Numbered from the stretch's first letter, positions 48,416 through 58,486 are shown. The stretch: DNA of 64,000 nucleotides from an uncultured Acidobacteriota bacterium (GCA_963734115.1 CAVTFV010000006.1:310166-374165); one strand, 5' to 3'. Numbers and translations are program-made. Notes: generated by a model not told the origin, from the letters alone.

Positions 48416-49365
48416 TCGATGGGGACGATCTGATGTGTGTCCGAGAGCCCTTTCAGCGCCACGATCCTCGGCTCGCCCATCCGGATCCCCTCGAGCGAGC
48501 CAATCAGGTCCCTGGTCGTCGAGGAGATCAGGATGGTCCCGGAATCTGCGGCCGATGCGACCCTGGCGGCCTTGTTGACCGTCACGCCGAACAGGTCGTT
48601 CGCGGTGCGGATCACCTCGCCGGTGTGGACGCCGATTCGGATCCCGAAGTCGGCGTGATCCGATGCCCGCTGAATGTCCACTGCCGCCCTGACTGCCGCC
48701 CGAGCCGACTCGAAGGCCAGCATCGAGCCGTCACCGAGCAGCTTGACGACCGTGCCTCCCTGTGATGCCGTCACCTGCCGAATCGTGGATTCGTGGCGGC
48801 TGATCAGATCGGCCCAGGCGGTATCTCCCAGGGCTTCGGCCAGGATTGTCGAGTCGACGATGTCGGTGAACACCAGGGTCATCGTCCCCTCGAGAGCGGC
48901 GGAAGACGGGCTGGTCTCCTCGAGGACCGAGGTCACCAGGTCGTCGAGAGTGGTGGTCAGCTCGACGCCAAAAATCTGACTGTTGGGTACCGGAACCGAG
49001 TTGGTCCAGAGGATCACCTTCCAGACCCCGGCTTCGAGTCTGAGCACGGCGGTGTGCCTCATCGGAGTCTTCGTATCGGAGGTGACGATGGTGGAGGAAA
49101 CGGCTGCCCAGCCGAAGGCACCATCCTCGAACGCATCCACCTTCTCGATCTGGGCCTGGAAAGAGGGTATCTCGCCCGTCTGGGTCTCCCGGATCTTCAG
49201 GAACTCCTCGGGACCGGCCCACCACTCGTCGAGGGCGAACCCGAGAACACGCAGACTGGGATCAGCGGAAACCAGGTTGGCCATGGCAGCCATGTCGCCC
49301 GTCTCGAACGCGAGCAGCACTCTCCGGGTGACGGACTCGATCTCCGGCGATCGAGTGGGTGGCAT
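48406..49365 (-). CDS. NTF2/SnoaL-like domain plus class III adenylate cyclase
   Basis: Intact 319-aa ORF. Cyclase motifs: MTLVFTDIVDST, VVKLLGDG (Lys), NDLFGVTVNKAARV (Asp, Asn, Arg). The Lys/Asp pair predicts ATP specificity. Confidence 0.85.
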   Translation of the reverse strand: MPPTRSPEIESVTRRVLLAFETGDMAAMANLVSADPSLRVLGFALDEWWAGPEEFLKIRETQTGEIPSFQAQIEKVDAFEDGAFGWAAVSSTIVTSDTKTPMRHTAVLRLEAGVWKVILWTNSVPVPNSQIFGVELTTTLDDLVTSVLEETSPSSAALEGTMTLVFTDIVDSTILAEALGDTAWADLISRHESTIRQVTASQGGTVVKLLGDGSMLAFESARAAVRAAVDIQRASDHADFGIRIGVHTGEVIRTANDLFGVTVNKAARVASAADSGTILISSTTRDLIGSLEGIRMGEPRIVALKGLSDTHQIVPIEWE

Positions 49366-49392
49366 CAGACGCGAACCTAACGCGTTCGTGAT

Positions 49393-50058
49393 TCAGTCGA
49401 GGACGGCGAAGAAGCGGGCCGGGGCGCCTTCCCCACCGGCGACCTTGAGAAAGGCGGCGTAGAACGAGAAGCGCCGGTCGGATGGGCAGCGATCCCAGAT
49501 TGGTCAGTGTCTGCATGAGAATGGCGCCCGAGTCGCCGATGATCTCGTGCACGACGAATTCGCTGGGCAGATAGTTCTGCTTCTTCGCCGCCCGCTCCGG
49601 GAAGCAGTCGAACCCGATGGCCTTGGCCCCGGTGCTCGCCAGCCACCGGGCCGCCTCCGGTGTGCAAGCCGGGGAGCCGACGTAGTACCGAGGAAAATCG
49701 CCCCACGCCTCATCCGACCATCCGGTCCTGACCAGCACGATGTCCCCGGGTCGGATCTCAGGGGCGGGGGCGATGAGGTCTTCGGGGGTGATGTCGTGGT
49801 CCGGTTCCATCGGGGTGAGGTCGATGAGCACCGCTTCGCCACAGGTGCGATCGAGCAGGACGTCTCCGCCGTCTCCCCATCAGCGGTGTAGTGCTTGGTG
49901 AAGTCCACATGAGAGCCGGCGTGGAGCATCATCGTGATCTCGGAGACCATCCAAAACCCCGGCTCCTTGCGGTACTCCTCGATCCGGATCGGCTGGTTCA
50001 CCGACGGCGGGCTGTAGGTGTCTCTCCCAATTGGGACGGTCAGGTCGACGATGTTCAC
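49393..50058 (-). pseudogene. Putative-cyclase family (kynurenine-formamidase-like) hydrolase; two frame breaks
   Basis: MNIVDLTVPIG..MLHAGSHVDFTKHY (HxGxHxD-type motif) in ORF 49504-50058. It continues ..IRPGDIVLVRTGW..GSPACTPEAARWL..IGFDCF.. in ORF 49262-49831. The tail ..FYAAFLKVAGGEGAPARFFAVLD ends with the stop at 49393-49395. Confidence 0.7.
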
Positions 50059-50063
50059 CGCGA

Positions 50064-50870
50064 TCAGGAGGAGAGCAGGCTCTTCATCTGCTTGTAGATC
50101 AGATGGGTCGACCGCTTCGGCGAGACCCGGTTGAACAGGTTCATCATGCGGGAGTCACGGCCGACAAAGATCTGGAGCTCGTCGTCCCTGATGCCATCGA
50201 GAATGATCTTGGCCGCGTCCTCGGGTGAGGTGGTTCGAGCTCGCATCTCTTCCTCGTTTGGGATCCCACCGGGAATCTCGACCCCCGAGTTGGAAGTGAT
50301 CTCGGTGGCGACCGCGCCCGGGAAGACCACCGACACCCCGACGTTGGTGTCGAGAAGCTCGGCGTAGAGGCCCTCGGTCATCAGCTTGACCGCAGCCTTG
50401 GACGCCCCGTAGATGGTCTGACCGGGAACCGGGAGGAATCCCCCCATGCTCGACACGTTGGCGATGTGTGCCACCGGCCGATCGAGCAGATAGGGCAGGA
50501 ACGCCTTGACCATGTGGATCGTCCCGTAGAGGTTGACGTTGATCACCCGCTCGATTACCTCGTAGTCGAGCTCGTTGAGCTTCACGAACGGCTGGATGAT
50601 GCCGGCGACGTTGATCAGCCCGTCGACCGCACCGTGGGCGGTGATCACCTTCTCCGGCAGAGCCTCGGTGGTGGCCCGGTCGGTGATGTCCGCCACGAAG
50701 GTGGCCAAACGGTCAGGGCCCATGGCCAGCTTCGTCGTCTCGTCCAGGCTTTCCTCCCGGATATCGACCGCGGCGACCCGGGCGCCGCGGTGGAGAAGCT
50801 CGAGGACGACCTGCTGACCGATCCCATTCCCGCCACCGGTGACGACAACGACTTTGTGTGCAAGGTCCAT
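50064..50870 (-). CDS. Short-chain dehydrogenase/reductase (SDR)
   Basis: Intact ORF with VVVVTGGGNGIGQ (TGxxxGxG) and YGASKAAV (YxxxK). Confidence 0.9.
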   Translation of the reverse strand: MDLAHKVVVVTGGGNGIGQQVVLELLHRGARVAAVDIREESLDETTKLAMGPDRLATFVADITDRATTEALPEKVITAHGAVDGLINVAGIIQPFVKLNELDYEVIERVINVNLYGTIHMVKAFLPYLLDRPVAHIANVSSMGGFLPVPGQTIYGASKAAVKLMTEGLYAELLDTNVGVSVVFPGAVATEITSNSGVEIPGGIPNEEEMRARTTSPEDAAKIILDGIRDDELQIFVGRDSRMMNLFNRVSPKRSTHLIYKQMKSLLSS

Positions 50871-50967
50871 GCTCGGAGGCTACGCCCCCCAAACCCATGC
50901 CTACCGATGAGTTTGGCCCTCCCGCGCAGTCGGTAAGTCAGAGTGCCATGCTCCAAAGGAGAGTCTC

Positions 50968-51834
50968 ATGACCGAGCCAAAGACCGACACCCTGGAGGTC
51001 CCAGGCGCCATCTTGACCTACGACATCAGGCGCAACGACTCGAGCACTGAACCGGTCCTTCTCATGATCGCGTCGCCGATGGGGGCTGCCGGATTCCAGA
51101 CCCTGTCTGGATACTTCACCGACCGCACCGTCGTCACCTATGACCCCCGCGGGGCGGAGCGAAGCACGCTCACCGACGATGCTCCCCAGTCCACACCAGA
51201 CGTGCATGGCGACGATCTGCACCGGCTGATCGACTCGCTCGACGCCGGTCCGGTCGACCTGTTCGCCAGTAGCGGGGGCGCCGTCAACGCCCTGGCCTTG
51301 GTGGCCAAACATCCTGAGCAGGTGCGAACCCTCGTTGCGCACGAGCCCTCATTGGCCCAACTGCTTCCCGATCGTGACGAGGCGCTGGCTGCAATCCGGG
51401 ATATCGACGAGACCTACCAGCGGGACGGCTTCGGCCCGGCGATGGCGAAGTTCATCGCCATCGTGATGCACAAGGGACCCGTACCGGCCGATTTCGCCGA
51501 CAAACCGGCAGATCCGGCCATGTTCGGCCTGCCCACGGAGGATGACGGTTCCCGGGACGACGTGCTGCTGGGCCAGAATCTGGTGACGAATCTCCAATAC
51601 CATCCCGACATCGACGCCCTGCGGGATGCCTCGACACGCATCGTCGTAGTCGCCGGTGCGGAATCGGAGGGCGAGCTGTCCCATCGCGGCGCCGAGGCGG
51701 CTGCCGAGCGACTCGGAGCGCCGCTCGTCCCCTTCCCCAGCGACCATGGCGGGTTCCTGGGCGGCGAATACGGCCAGACCGGCGATCCCGAGGCCTTCGC
51801 CGCCGCCTTGCGAAAAGTACTCGACGAGGGCTGA
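50968..51834 (+). CDS. Alpha/beta-fold hydrolase
   Basis: Intact 288-aa ORF with an aaaggagag RBS. Nucleophile-elbow-like FASSGGAVNAL. The fold assignment is by pattern only. Confidence 0.75.
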   Translation: MTEPKTDTLEVPGAILTYDIRRNDSSTEPVLLMIASPMGAAGFQTLSGYFTDRTVVTYDPRGAERSTLTDDAPQSTPDVHGDDLHRLIDSLDAGPVDLFASSGGAVNALALVAKHPEQVRTLVAHEPSLAQLLPDRDEALAAIRDIDETYQRDGFGPAMAKFIAIVMHKGPVPADFADKPADPAMFGLPTEDDGSRDDVLLGQNLVTNLQYHPDIDALRDASTRIVVVAGAESEGELSHRGAEAAAERLGAPLVPFPSDHGGFLGGEYGQTGDPEAFAAALRKVLDEG

Positions 51835-51885
51835 GACGAGGCGGGCGAGGCGGGCGAGCCCGCCGCTTCGTATATTCCCCGATCG

Positions 51886-54800
51886 ATGCAGACGTTCCTC
51901 TTCACCGACATCGAGGGAAGCACCCGACTCTGGGAGGAGCACGGCGACGCCATGGCGGCCGCCCTCGCCCGTCACGACGAGATCCTCACCGGTGCCGTCG
52001 ACGAGGCCGGCGGCTCGGTATTGAAGACCACCGGGGACGGGTTGATCGCTGTTTTCGATTCGGTCTCCGACAGTCTCTCCGCTGCTCTCGACAGCCAACG
52101 AGCCCTGGAAGAGGAGCCATGGGGCACGACAGGGCCACTCCGGGTCCGAATGGGGATCCACAGCGGAGACACCGAGAGCCGTGAGGGCGACTTCTTCGGG
52201 CCGGCGATGAACCGCGCCGCCCGGATCATGGCCGCCGGGCACGGGGGCCAGGTGCTGGTCTCGGGCAACGCTTCCACGTCCGGATACCTGCCGCCGGGTG
52301 TGCAGCTGCGAGACCTCGGCATGCACCGGCTCAAGGACCTGACGGAGCCCGAGCATCTCTATCAGGTGATCCACGAGGGCCTTCGCTCCGACTTCCCGGC
52401 GCCGCGCACCCTGGACGGGCGCCCGAACAACCTTCCCCAACAGACCACCGAGTTCGTGGGGCGGGAAGACGAGTTGGCGGCCATCCACCTCATGCTTGAC
52501 ACTCCGACCACCAGGTTGCTCACGGTCACCGGTCCCGGTGGGGCGGGCAAGACCCGCATCGCACTCCAGGCCGCAGCCGAAGAGCTCGACCGGTTCCCCG
52601 ACGGTGTCTTCTTCATCGATCTCTCCTCGGAGCGAGATCCCGACACCGTCTTCGACGCCGTCGCCAGGGTGCTCGACATCGCGGTATCGGGTGGCAGCGA
52701 CGCCCTCGAGGTGTTGGAGGCCCGTCTGCGCGACTCGCGGATGTTGCTGGTGCTCGACAATTTCGAGCAGGTGACCGCCGCCGCCGTCGGCTTGTCCGAG
52801 CTCCTCCAACGGGCCCCGCAGATCAAGGCCCTAGTCACCAGCCGGGAGACACTGCGGGTGCGGGCCGAGAGGGTTTTCCCGGTGCCCTCCCTGTCCCTGC
52901 CCCACCCCGAAGACGATGCCGCGGTCATTGCCGAGTCGGAGGCGGTGGCTCTGTTCACAGACCGGGCCCGTGCGGTCCGCCCCGACTTCGCGGTGACCGA
53001 TGGCAATGCCTCGGTCATAGCCGAGATCTGTCTTCGTCTCGACGGGCTTCCCCTCGCCATCGAGCTGGCCGCGGCCCGGCTCAACGTTTTTGCCCCGTCG
53101 GACTTGTTGGAACGGCTTCGAGAGCGACTGGATGTCCTCGGCGCCGGCGGCCGGGACCTCCCCGACCGGCAACGGACTCTGTGGGGTGCGATCGGATGGA
53201 GCTACGAATTACTCGATCGGACCGAGCGTGATGCATTCGAACTGCTCTCGGTGTTCTCCACCACCGACCTCCGCTCGCTCGAGACCGTGGCTACGGAAGT
53301 CCTTGGGCAGATGGACACCCTGGACACTCTCGGCTCATTGGTGGACAAGAACCTGGTCCGGAGAGTGGACACCGGGCTCACCCAGCGGTTCTCGATGCTG
53401 CTCATGATCAAGGAGTTCGCCGAGTCGAAGCTGGCCGAGTCGCCGGATCGGGAGGAGGCGGTGCGACATGCGCACGCCGTCTATTTCTGCAGCCTGGTCC
53501 ATCGGATCGGTGACCGGCTGCACAGCTCGGAGCGTCAGGCCGCCCTAGACGAATTGGAGCCCGACCTGGGCAACCTGCGAACTGCCTGGGACTACTGGGT
53601 CACCCGGGACGGCGTGGAGCAGGTGTTCGAGATGATCGAAGGGATGTGGGCCCTCCATGAGTCGAGGGGCTGGTATCGGGCCGCCATCGATCTGGCCAAC
53701 GATGCCATCGGGGTCATGGATCGATCCGACCCCTCCCCCGAGCTCGAGGCAGAGCAACTGGCGATTCGGATGAGTCTGGCTCGGGCGATGATGGCGGTCC
53801 GTGGCTACGGGCCGGAGACGGAGGAGGCGTTCAAGCAGGCAATGGCCGCCTCTGAGACTGTGGGCACCCCAGAGCAGCGGTTTCCGGTGCTCCGTGCCCT
53901 GGCCACCTATTACATGGGCATCGCCCAATTCCCTTCAGTCATCGACCTGGGCCGACAGTTGCTCGAACTCGGTGAGAAGTCGGGCGACGATTCGATGCTG
54001 ATCGAGGGCCACTACGTGTTCGGGGCGGCTTCCGCCTTCAGCGGCGATCTCGAGACCGGGCTCTCCCACCTCGAACGTGCTATCGAACTACACGATCCCC
54101 AGGTCCACGACTCTGGTCGTTTCCGTCTCGGACCCAACACCGGGGTGGTGGCCCGAACCGCCTCAGGCATCCTCCTGTGGCAGCGCGGGAAGCTGGGTCT
54201 GGCGATCGAGCGAGTGGCGGAGGCCCTGGAGGTGGCAAGGCACATCGCTCATCCCTACAGCATCGCCTATGCCCTTCATCACAACGGTCTCCTCGCCCTG
54301 TACCGGGGGCGGTTCGAGGAGGCGAGGGATTGGACGGGAGAGTTGGCCATCGTGTCGGAGGAGAACGACTACCCGGTATGGCGCACGCTCTCCACTGTTT
54401 GCGGAGGGGTGGCCACGTCCTACCTGGGCGACCCCGACGCCGGGCTCACTATGACCGAGAAGGGAATCGAGCTGTATCACGGGCTGACCGCCCCACCGGT
54501 GTTCTGGCCCGATCTGCTCCGTTTGCGAGCCCTGGTCCACAGCACAGCCGGACTGCAGAAGCGGGCCCTAGAGCTGATCGAAGAGGCGATCACGATCGGT
54601 GGGCCCGACATCTTGATCAACCCCGAGTTCCTCATCGTCAAGGGCGACATCTTGCGATCGTTCCCCGACCCGGATCACGAAGCCGCAGAGGAGGTGTATC
54701 AGATCGCGGCGCAAGCATCGGGGGCGGGAGGATTTCACCTCGTCGAGCTCCAAGCCCTGACCCGGCTGGTAAGACTCCGTCGAGAGACCGGGAAGTCGCC

Positions 54801-54897
54801 CGATGGCAGCGAGGAGTTGGCATCGCTCTTCGCCACCTTCACGGAAGGGCTCGAGGAGCACGATCTGGTGACGGTAAGGGAGCTGTTGGCCGGGTGA
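51886..54897 (+). CDS. Class III adenylate cyclase plus AAA/NB-ARC-like ATPase plus TPR protein (1003 aa, intact)
   Basis: FLFTDIEGSTRLWE, VLKTTGDG, GDFFGPAMNRAARI (the Lys/Asp pair indicates ATP). P-loop VTGPGGAGKTRIA and Walker B MLLVLDNFEQV. Helical-repeat C-terminus. Confidence 0.9.
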   Translation: MQTFLFTDIEGSTRLWEEHGDAMAAALARHDEILTGAVDEAGGSVLKTTGDGLIAVFDSVSDSLSAALDSQRALEEEPWGTTGPLRVRMGIHSGDTESREGDFFGPAMNRAARIMAAGHGGQVLVSGNASTSGYLPPGVQLRDLGMHRLKDLTEPEHLYQVIHEGLRSDFPAPRTLDGRPNNLPQQTTEFVGREDELAAIHLMLDTPTTRLLTVTGPGGAGKTRIALQAAAEELDRFPDGVFFIDLSSERDPDTVFDAVARVLDIAVSGGSDALEVLEARLRDSRMLLVLDNFEQVTAAAVGLSELLQRAPQIKALVTSRETLRVRAERVFPVPSLSLPHPEDDAAVIAESEAVALFTDRARAVRPDFAVTDGNASVIAEICLRLDGLPLAIELAAARLNVFAPSDLLERLRERLDVLGAGGRDLPDRQRTLWGAIGWSYELLDRTERDAFELLSVFSTTDLRSLETVATEVLGQMDTLDTLGSLVDKNLVRRVDTGLTQRFSMLLMIKEFAESKLAESPDREEAVRHAHAVYFCSLVHRIGDRLHSSERQAALDELEPDLGNLRTAWDYWVTRDGVEQVFEMIEGMWALHESRGWYRAAIDLANDAIGVMDRSDPSPELEAEQLAIRMSLARAMMAVRGYGPETEEAFKQAMAASETVGTPEQRFPVLRALATYYMGIAQFPSVIDLGRQLLELGEKSGDDSMLIEGHYVFGAASAFSGDLETGLSHLERAIELHDPQVHDSGRFRLGPNTGVVARTASGILLWQRGKLGLAIERVAEALEVARHIAHPYSIAYALHHNGLLALYRGRFEEARDWTGELAIVSEENDYPVWRTLSTVCGGVATSYLGDPDAGLTMTEKGIELYHGLTAPPVFWPDLLRLRALVHSTAGLQKRALELIEEAITIGGPDILINPEFLIVKGDILRSFPDPDHEAAEEVYQIAAQASGAGGFHLVELQALTRLVRLRRETGKSPDGSEELASLFATFTEGLEEHDLVTVRELLAG

Positions 54898-55063
54898 ACA
54901 GCATCGCTCTTCGACCACCGGGTGTGGTGGCCATCTCGAATGACTAACAGAGAGCTCCCTCACTCACCGTGGCAACCCGGTCTGAATTTCGTATGCAGGC
55001 ACACGCTTGCCGCTTTAGCAATTCAGGCCTATGGTGGCTCATCCGCGACCAAAGGAGAAGGTC

Positions 55064-56280
55064 ATGCGGAGAGCAATCAAGCGAAGCAGAGTCTTCGCCA
55101 CGACTCTCGTTCTCCTGCTCACAGCCCTCGCGGTTGTGCCCGCCGCGGCCGCCCAGCAGGCCGCCACCACGCAAGGAGCGAGTATCACTAGCCAGCCATT
55201 CGGGGAGGTGAACTCGACCAACCCGGCGCACCCGGAGCAGGGCAAACCGGTCGAGATATGGAGCCTCACCAACCGCAAGGGGATGAGGGTGAACATCCTC
55301 ACCTATGGAGGGATCCTCCAATCGATCGAGATACCGGGGCGTAGGGGACGTCTCACCAATGTGACCCTGGGGTTCAACAATCTCAACCAGTACGTGAACG
55401 AGAACCCCTATTTCGGGAACATCACCGGGCGGTATGCCAACCGGATCGCACTCGGTCAGTTCCCGCTGAATGGAACGACCTATCAGCTGGCCACCAACAA
55501 CGACCCCAACCATCTCCATGGCGGCGACTTCGGGTTCGACAAGCGGATCTGGGCTGCAGAGCCGATCGATGACGGGAAGAACGTCGGTCTCAAGCTCACC
55601 TACACCAGCCCTGATGGCGAAGAGGGCTATCCGGGGACTCTGCATGTCACCGTGACCTACCTGCTCACACCCAACAACGAGATCAGGATGGACTATCGGG
55701 CAGAGCTGGAGCCGGGCGAGGGTCTGGACACCATCGTCAACCTCACCAACCATGCGTACTTCAACCTGGCCGGTGAGGGCAACGGTGACATCTACGACCA
55801 CAAGCTCCAGATCAAGGCGAGCAACTACACACCGGTCAACGCCACCCTGATCCCCACCGGGGCGATCGACCCGGTGGAAGGAACGCCGATGGACTTCCGC
55901 CGCTCGACACCGATCGGGGACCGGATCAACGACGGCACCTTCGAACAGTTGGTGATCGGCCTGGTTATGACCACAACTGGGTGCTCGACCGCAAGACTGA
56001 CGATCGGCTGGAGTTGGCCGCCAAGGCAACCGATCCTGAGAGTGGCCGCACGTTGAAGGTGCTGACCACCGAGCCCGGGATCCAGTTCTATGCCGGCAAC
56101 TTCCTCGATGGGACCCTGATCGGGACCAGCGGGAAGATGTACCGACAGAGCTATGGCTTCGCACTGGAGACCCAGCACTTCCCGGACTCACCGAACCACG
56201 ACAACTTCCCGTCGACGGTGCTCTCCCCCGGCGAGGTGTACGAGACCACCACTATCTACGCCTTCAGCACCGACCGCTAG
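55064..56280 (+). pseudogene. galM: Secreted aldose 1-epimerase (galactose mutarotase); one frame break near 55958-55962
   Basis: aaaggagaagg RBS, then ATG 55064 gives MRRAIKRSRVFATTLVLLLTALAVVPAAAA. Motifs: ..GNITGRYANRIA..NHLHGG..EEGYPG..NLTNHAYFNL.. The junction ..LVIGLG/YDHNWVLDR.. joins ORF 55981-56280 (..GFALETQHFPDSPN..). Confidence 0.85.
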
Positions 56281-56302
56281 AACCGGCCCCCCGGCCCCAA
56301 CA

Positions 56303-56330
56303 GTCGCCCCGCTCCATCGAGCGGGGCGAC
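56303..56330. terminator. Bidirectional intrinsic terminator hairpin between convergent genes
   Basis: gtcgccccgctc (56303-56314), loop catc, then gagcggggcgac (56319-56330). This is a perfect 12-bp GC-rich stem followed by ttccttctc. It lies between the galM stop (56280) and the stop of the MFS-cNMP gene (56343). Confidence 0.7.
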
Positions 56331-56342
56331 TTCCTTCTCGCC

Positions 56343-58014
56343 TCACATCCCGAGTTCGTCCATGCGGGTCTGGGACACAGCTCGAGCGGCCTCGATCTGG
56401 CACGCCGATGACTTGATGGCGTCGAGGAACGGTCCCCTTTGGAGGACCAGCAGATCCAGATCGCTCACTGCCTTCACGGTGGCGGTCCGGGGGATGTCTC
56501 GCAACAAGGCGATCTCACCAAAGAAATCTCCGGTCCCCAGTGAGGCGACATCCACACCGTCACGCACCACCCGGGCCGTCCCCCGCTCGACGAGATAGAA
56601 GCGTTCTCCGGTTTCTCCCTGCACGCATACGGCAGTGCCCGGGCCGACCGACTCTTCGTCGACGGACGTCGCCAGGCGCTCCAATTCGGCCGGTCCGAGG
56701 GCGGCGAACATGGGTATCGATCTCAAGAGGTGGAGGTGCTCGATCGGGACCAAAACCCCAACGTCGGCATCTTGGAGAGCGTGGCGGTTGACCACGAGCA
56801 CGATGATGAGGAGCAGGCTGCCACCAACCAGCACCCAGCCGACGCCCAACCAACCGATCAGGATCGCCCCTGCTGCGGAGCCGAGTGCTTCGGCGGCCAT
56901 GGAGCTTCCTTCCAAGACTCCAAACGCCCGGGAGAGACCGCCGAGAGGGATGACACGTTGCAGCATGATCCGACCCGACACATCGACAAAAGTCCACCCG
57001 GCACCCATGATGGCCAGGGCGACGAGCGCGGCCGCCTGAGACCGAAAAACGGGGATCAAAGACACAGACACGGCGATGAGCACGAGCCCACGCCACATCG
57101 ATGGAGCGAGGTGTCTACGGCCGATGAGCACGACGGCCAAGACCGAGCCCGCCGCCGCACCAACCCCAATAAAGGTGTTGAGCCATGCGACCCCGGTGTC
57201 TTCTGAACCGAACACCTCGAATGCAAGAACAATGATGGCGACTTCGACCACACCGGCGAGGAAGACGACGCTGTTGAGCAGGAGAAGGATGACTCTTGGG
57301 ACGGGACTCGCGAAATGCGCCGAATCCCTCCAGTGTCATCTGAACTGCGTTTTGGCCCGTGCCTGGTTCTGCGGCCGTAGTGGTCTTCACTCCCCAGACC
57401 AGGATCGTGCCGTTCAGAAGAAGGACCGTGGTGATGACGAACACGGCGCTGGTCCCCCAGGCAGCAGCGGTGAGACCGGCCAGGAGCGGCCCGACGATCC
57501 ATCCCAGGTTCTCGATGCTCCCGCCGGCCACATAGCCCGCCGCGAGCTGCTCCGTGCTGCGTGCCAGTGCGGGGAGGAGGGACTCGTGTAATGGTCGGAC
57601 CAGGGTCAGGACCGTGGCGTTGACCGCGGCGAGGAAGTAGATAACGCCGACCGGCCATTCGACGTACAGCGCAATCGCTACCGCTGCCGACGTAGCTGCA
57701 AACAACGCGTAGGCCACGGTGAGCATGACCTCGCGGCGAAAGCGGTCGCCGAGCGTGGCGCCCACCGGGGCGAACACTGCGGCGGGGGCGAGCGTGAGAA
57801 AGGCGACGAGACCCAGGGCCGGGGACCCACCTACCTCATAGGCATAGATGAGGATGGCGATGAAGTTCGCCATCTCGGCCACGTTGAAAGCGAGATATGC
57901 ACCCAGCACCCGCCTCAAATCCCGGACACGAAGCGCCTCGACGAGGAGACGGGCGGAGGAAGCCATCTCGACGCCGACACCACTGAGACGCTCCCACAGA
58001 CGAACCCTCGACAC
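56343..58014 (-). pseudogene. MFS-type transporter with a C-terminal cyclic-nucleotide-binding domain; one frame break near 57290
   Basis: ORF 57115-58014 covers the N-terminal TM helices (..LGAYLAFNVAEMANFIAILIYAYEV..). ORF 56343-57251 covers further TM helices, then ..LLRSIPMFAALGPAELERLA..GETGERFYLVERGTARV..FFGEIALLRDIPRTATV.. (cNMP-binding fold). Confidence 0.75.
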
Positions 58015-58034
58015 CTCGGGAACCTACCTCTCGG

Positions 58035-58430
58035 TCAGGAGTTGGTCGATTGGTGGGGATCGAGTTCGGCAGGCATTACGTCAGGAAACCGCAGTGCCAG
58101 CTCGGCGTTGATCTCGAGATGCCGCAACAAGAAGGCTCCCTCGTCCATGCGTTTGCGTCGCAGCCAGCCAGTTACCTCATAGTTGCCTTTGCTGGCATTG
58201 CAGGAGCCGCAGGCCGGAGCGATGTTGTCGAGCGTGTAGCGCCCGCCCCTGGAGATCGCCAACACACAATCCTTCTGCAATGGCTTGTCGACGACGCCGC
58301 AGTATGCGCATCCGCCCCAGGCCGTCTTGAGCATCGTCCACTGCTCTTCGCTGAGGTCGTGTTCGACTCGGCCCATTCGACGCTTGCGTTTGCGAGCGCT
58401 CCTCGCCTTGCGACTTCGGTCGACCGCCAT
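58035..58430 (-). CDS. HNH-family nuclease-like protein with a basic N-terminus; first His of the motif replaced by Cys
   Basis: Intact 131-aa ORF: ..CAYCG..QKDCVLAISRGGRYTLDNIAPACGSCNASKG.. This is the CxxC...D(H>C)...N...CxxC N..K layout. Confidence 0.7.
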   Translation of the reverse strand: MAVDRSRKARSARKRKRRMGRVEHDLSEEQWTMLKTAWGGCAYCGVVDKPLQKDCVLAISRGGRYTLDNIAPACGSCNASKGNYEVTGWLRRKRMDEGAFLLRHLEINAELALRFPDVMPAELDPHQSTNS

Positions 58431-58486
58431 CTCGCCAGGCTATGCCCCCGCCTTCGAAAGTCCCGTCATCCCGCCGCGACCAACGT

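Noticed and set aside
44794-49365. Reading the cyclase plus cNMP-domain membrane protein as a Pycsar-like antiphage module.
   Set aside because: The cyclase 48406-49365 has the Lys/Asp pair expected for ATP. The cNMP-domain proteins are full-size SulP/MFS transporters rather than minimal 2-TM or TIR effectors. The genes are interleaved with housekeeping-type genes. Ordinary cAMP signalling is the more economical reading.
51349-52809. A 486-aa minus-strand ORF.
   Set aside because: It is antisense to the alpha/beta hydrolase and cyclase-STAND genes, which have clear motifs. It shows shadow-ORF composition.
54905-54935. A possible terminator hairpin (gaccaccgggtgtggtggcc) after the cyclase-STAND gene.
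   Set aside because: The stem is short and imperfect, and no T-tract follows. It is too weak to annotate.
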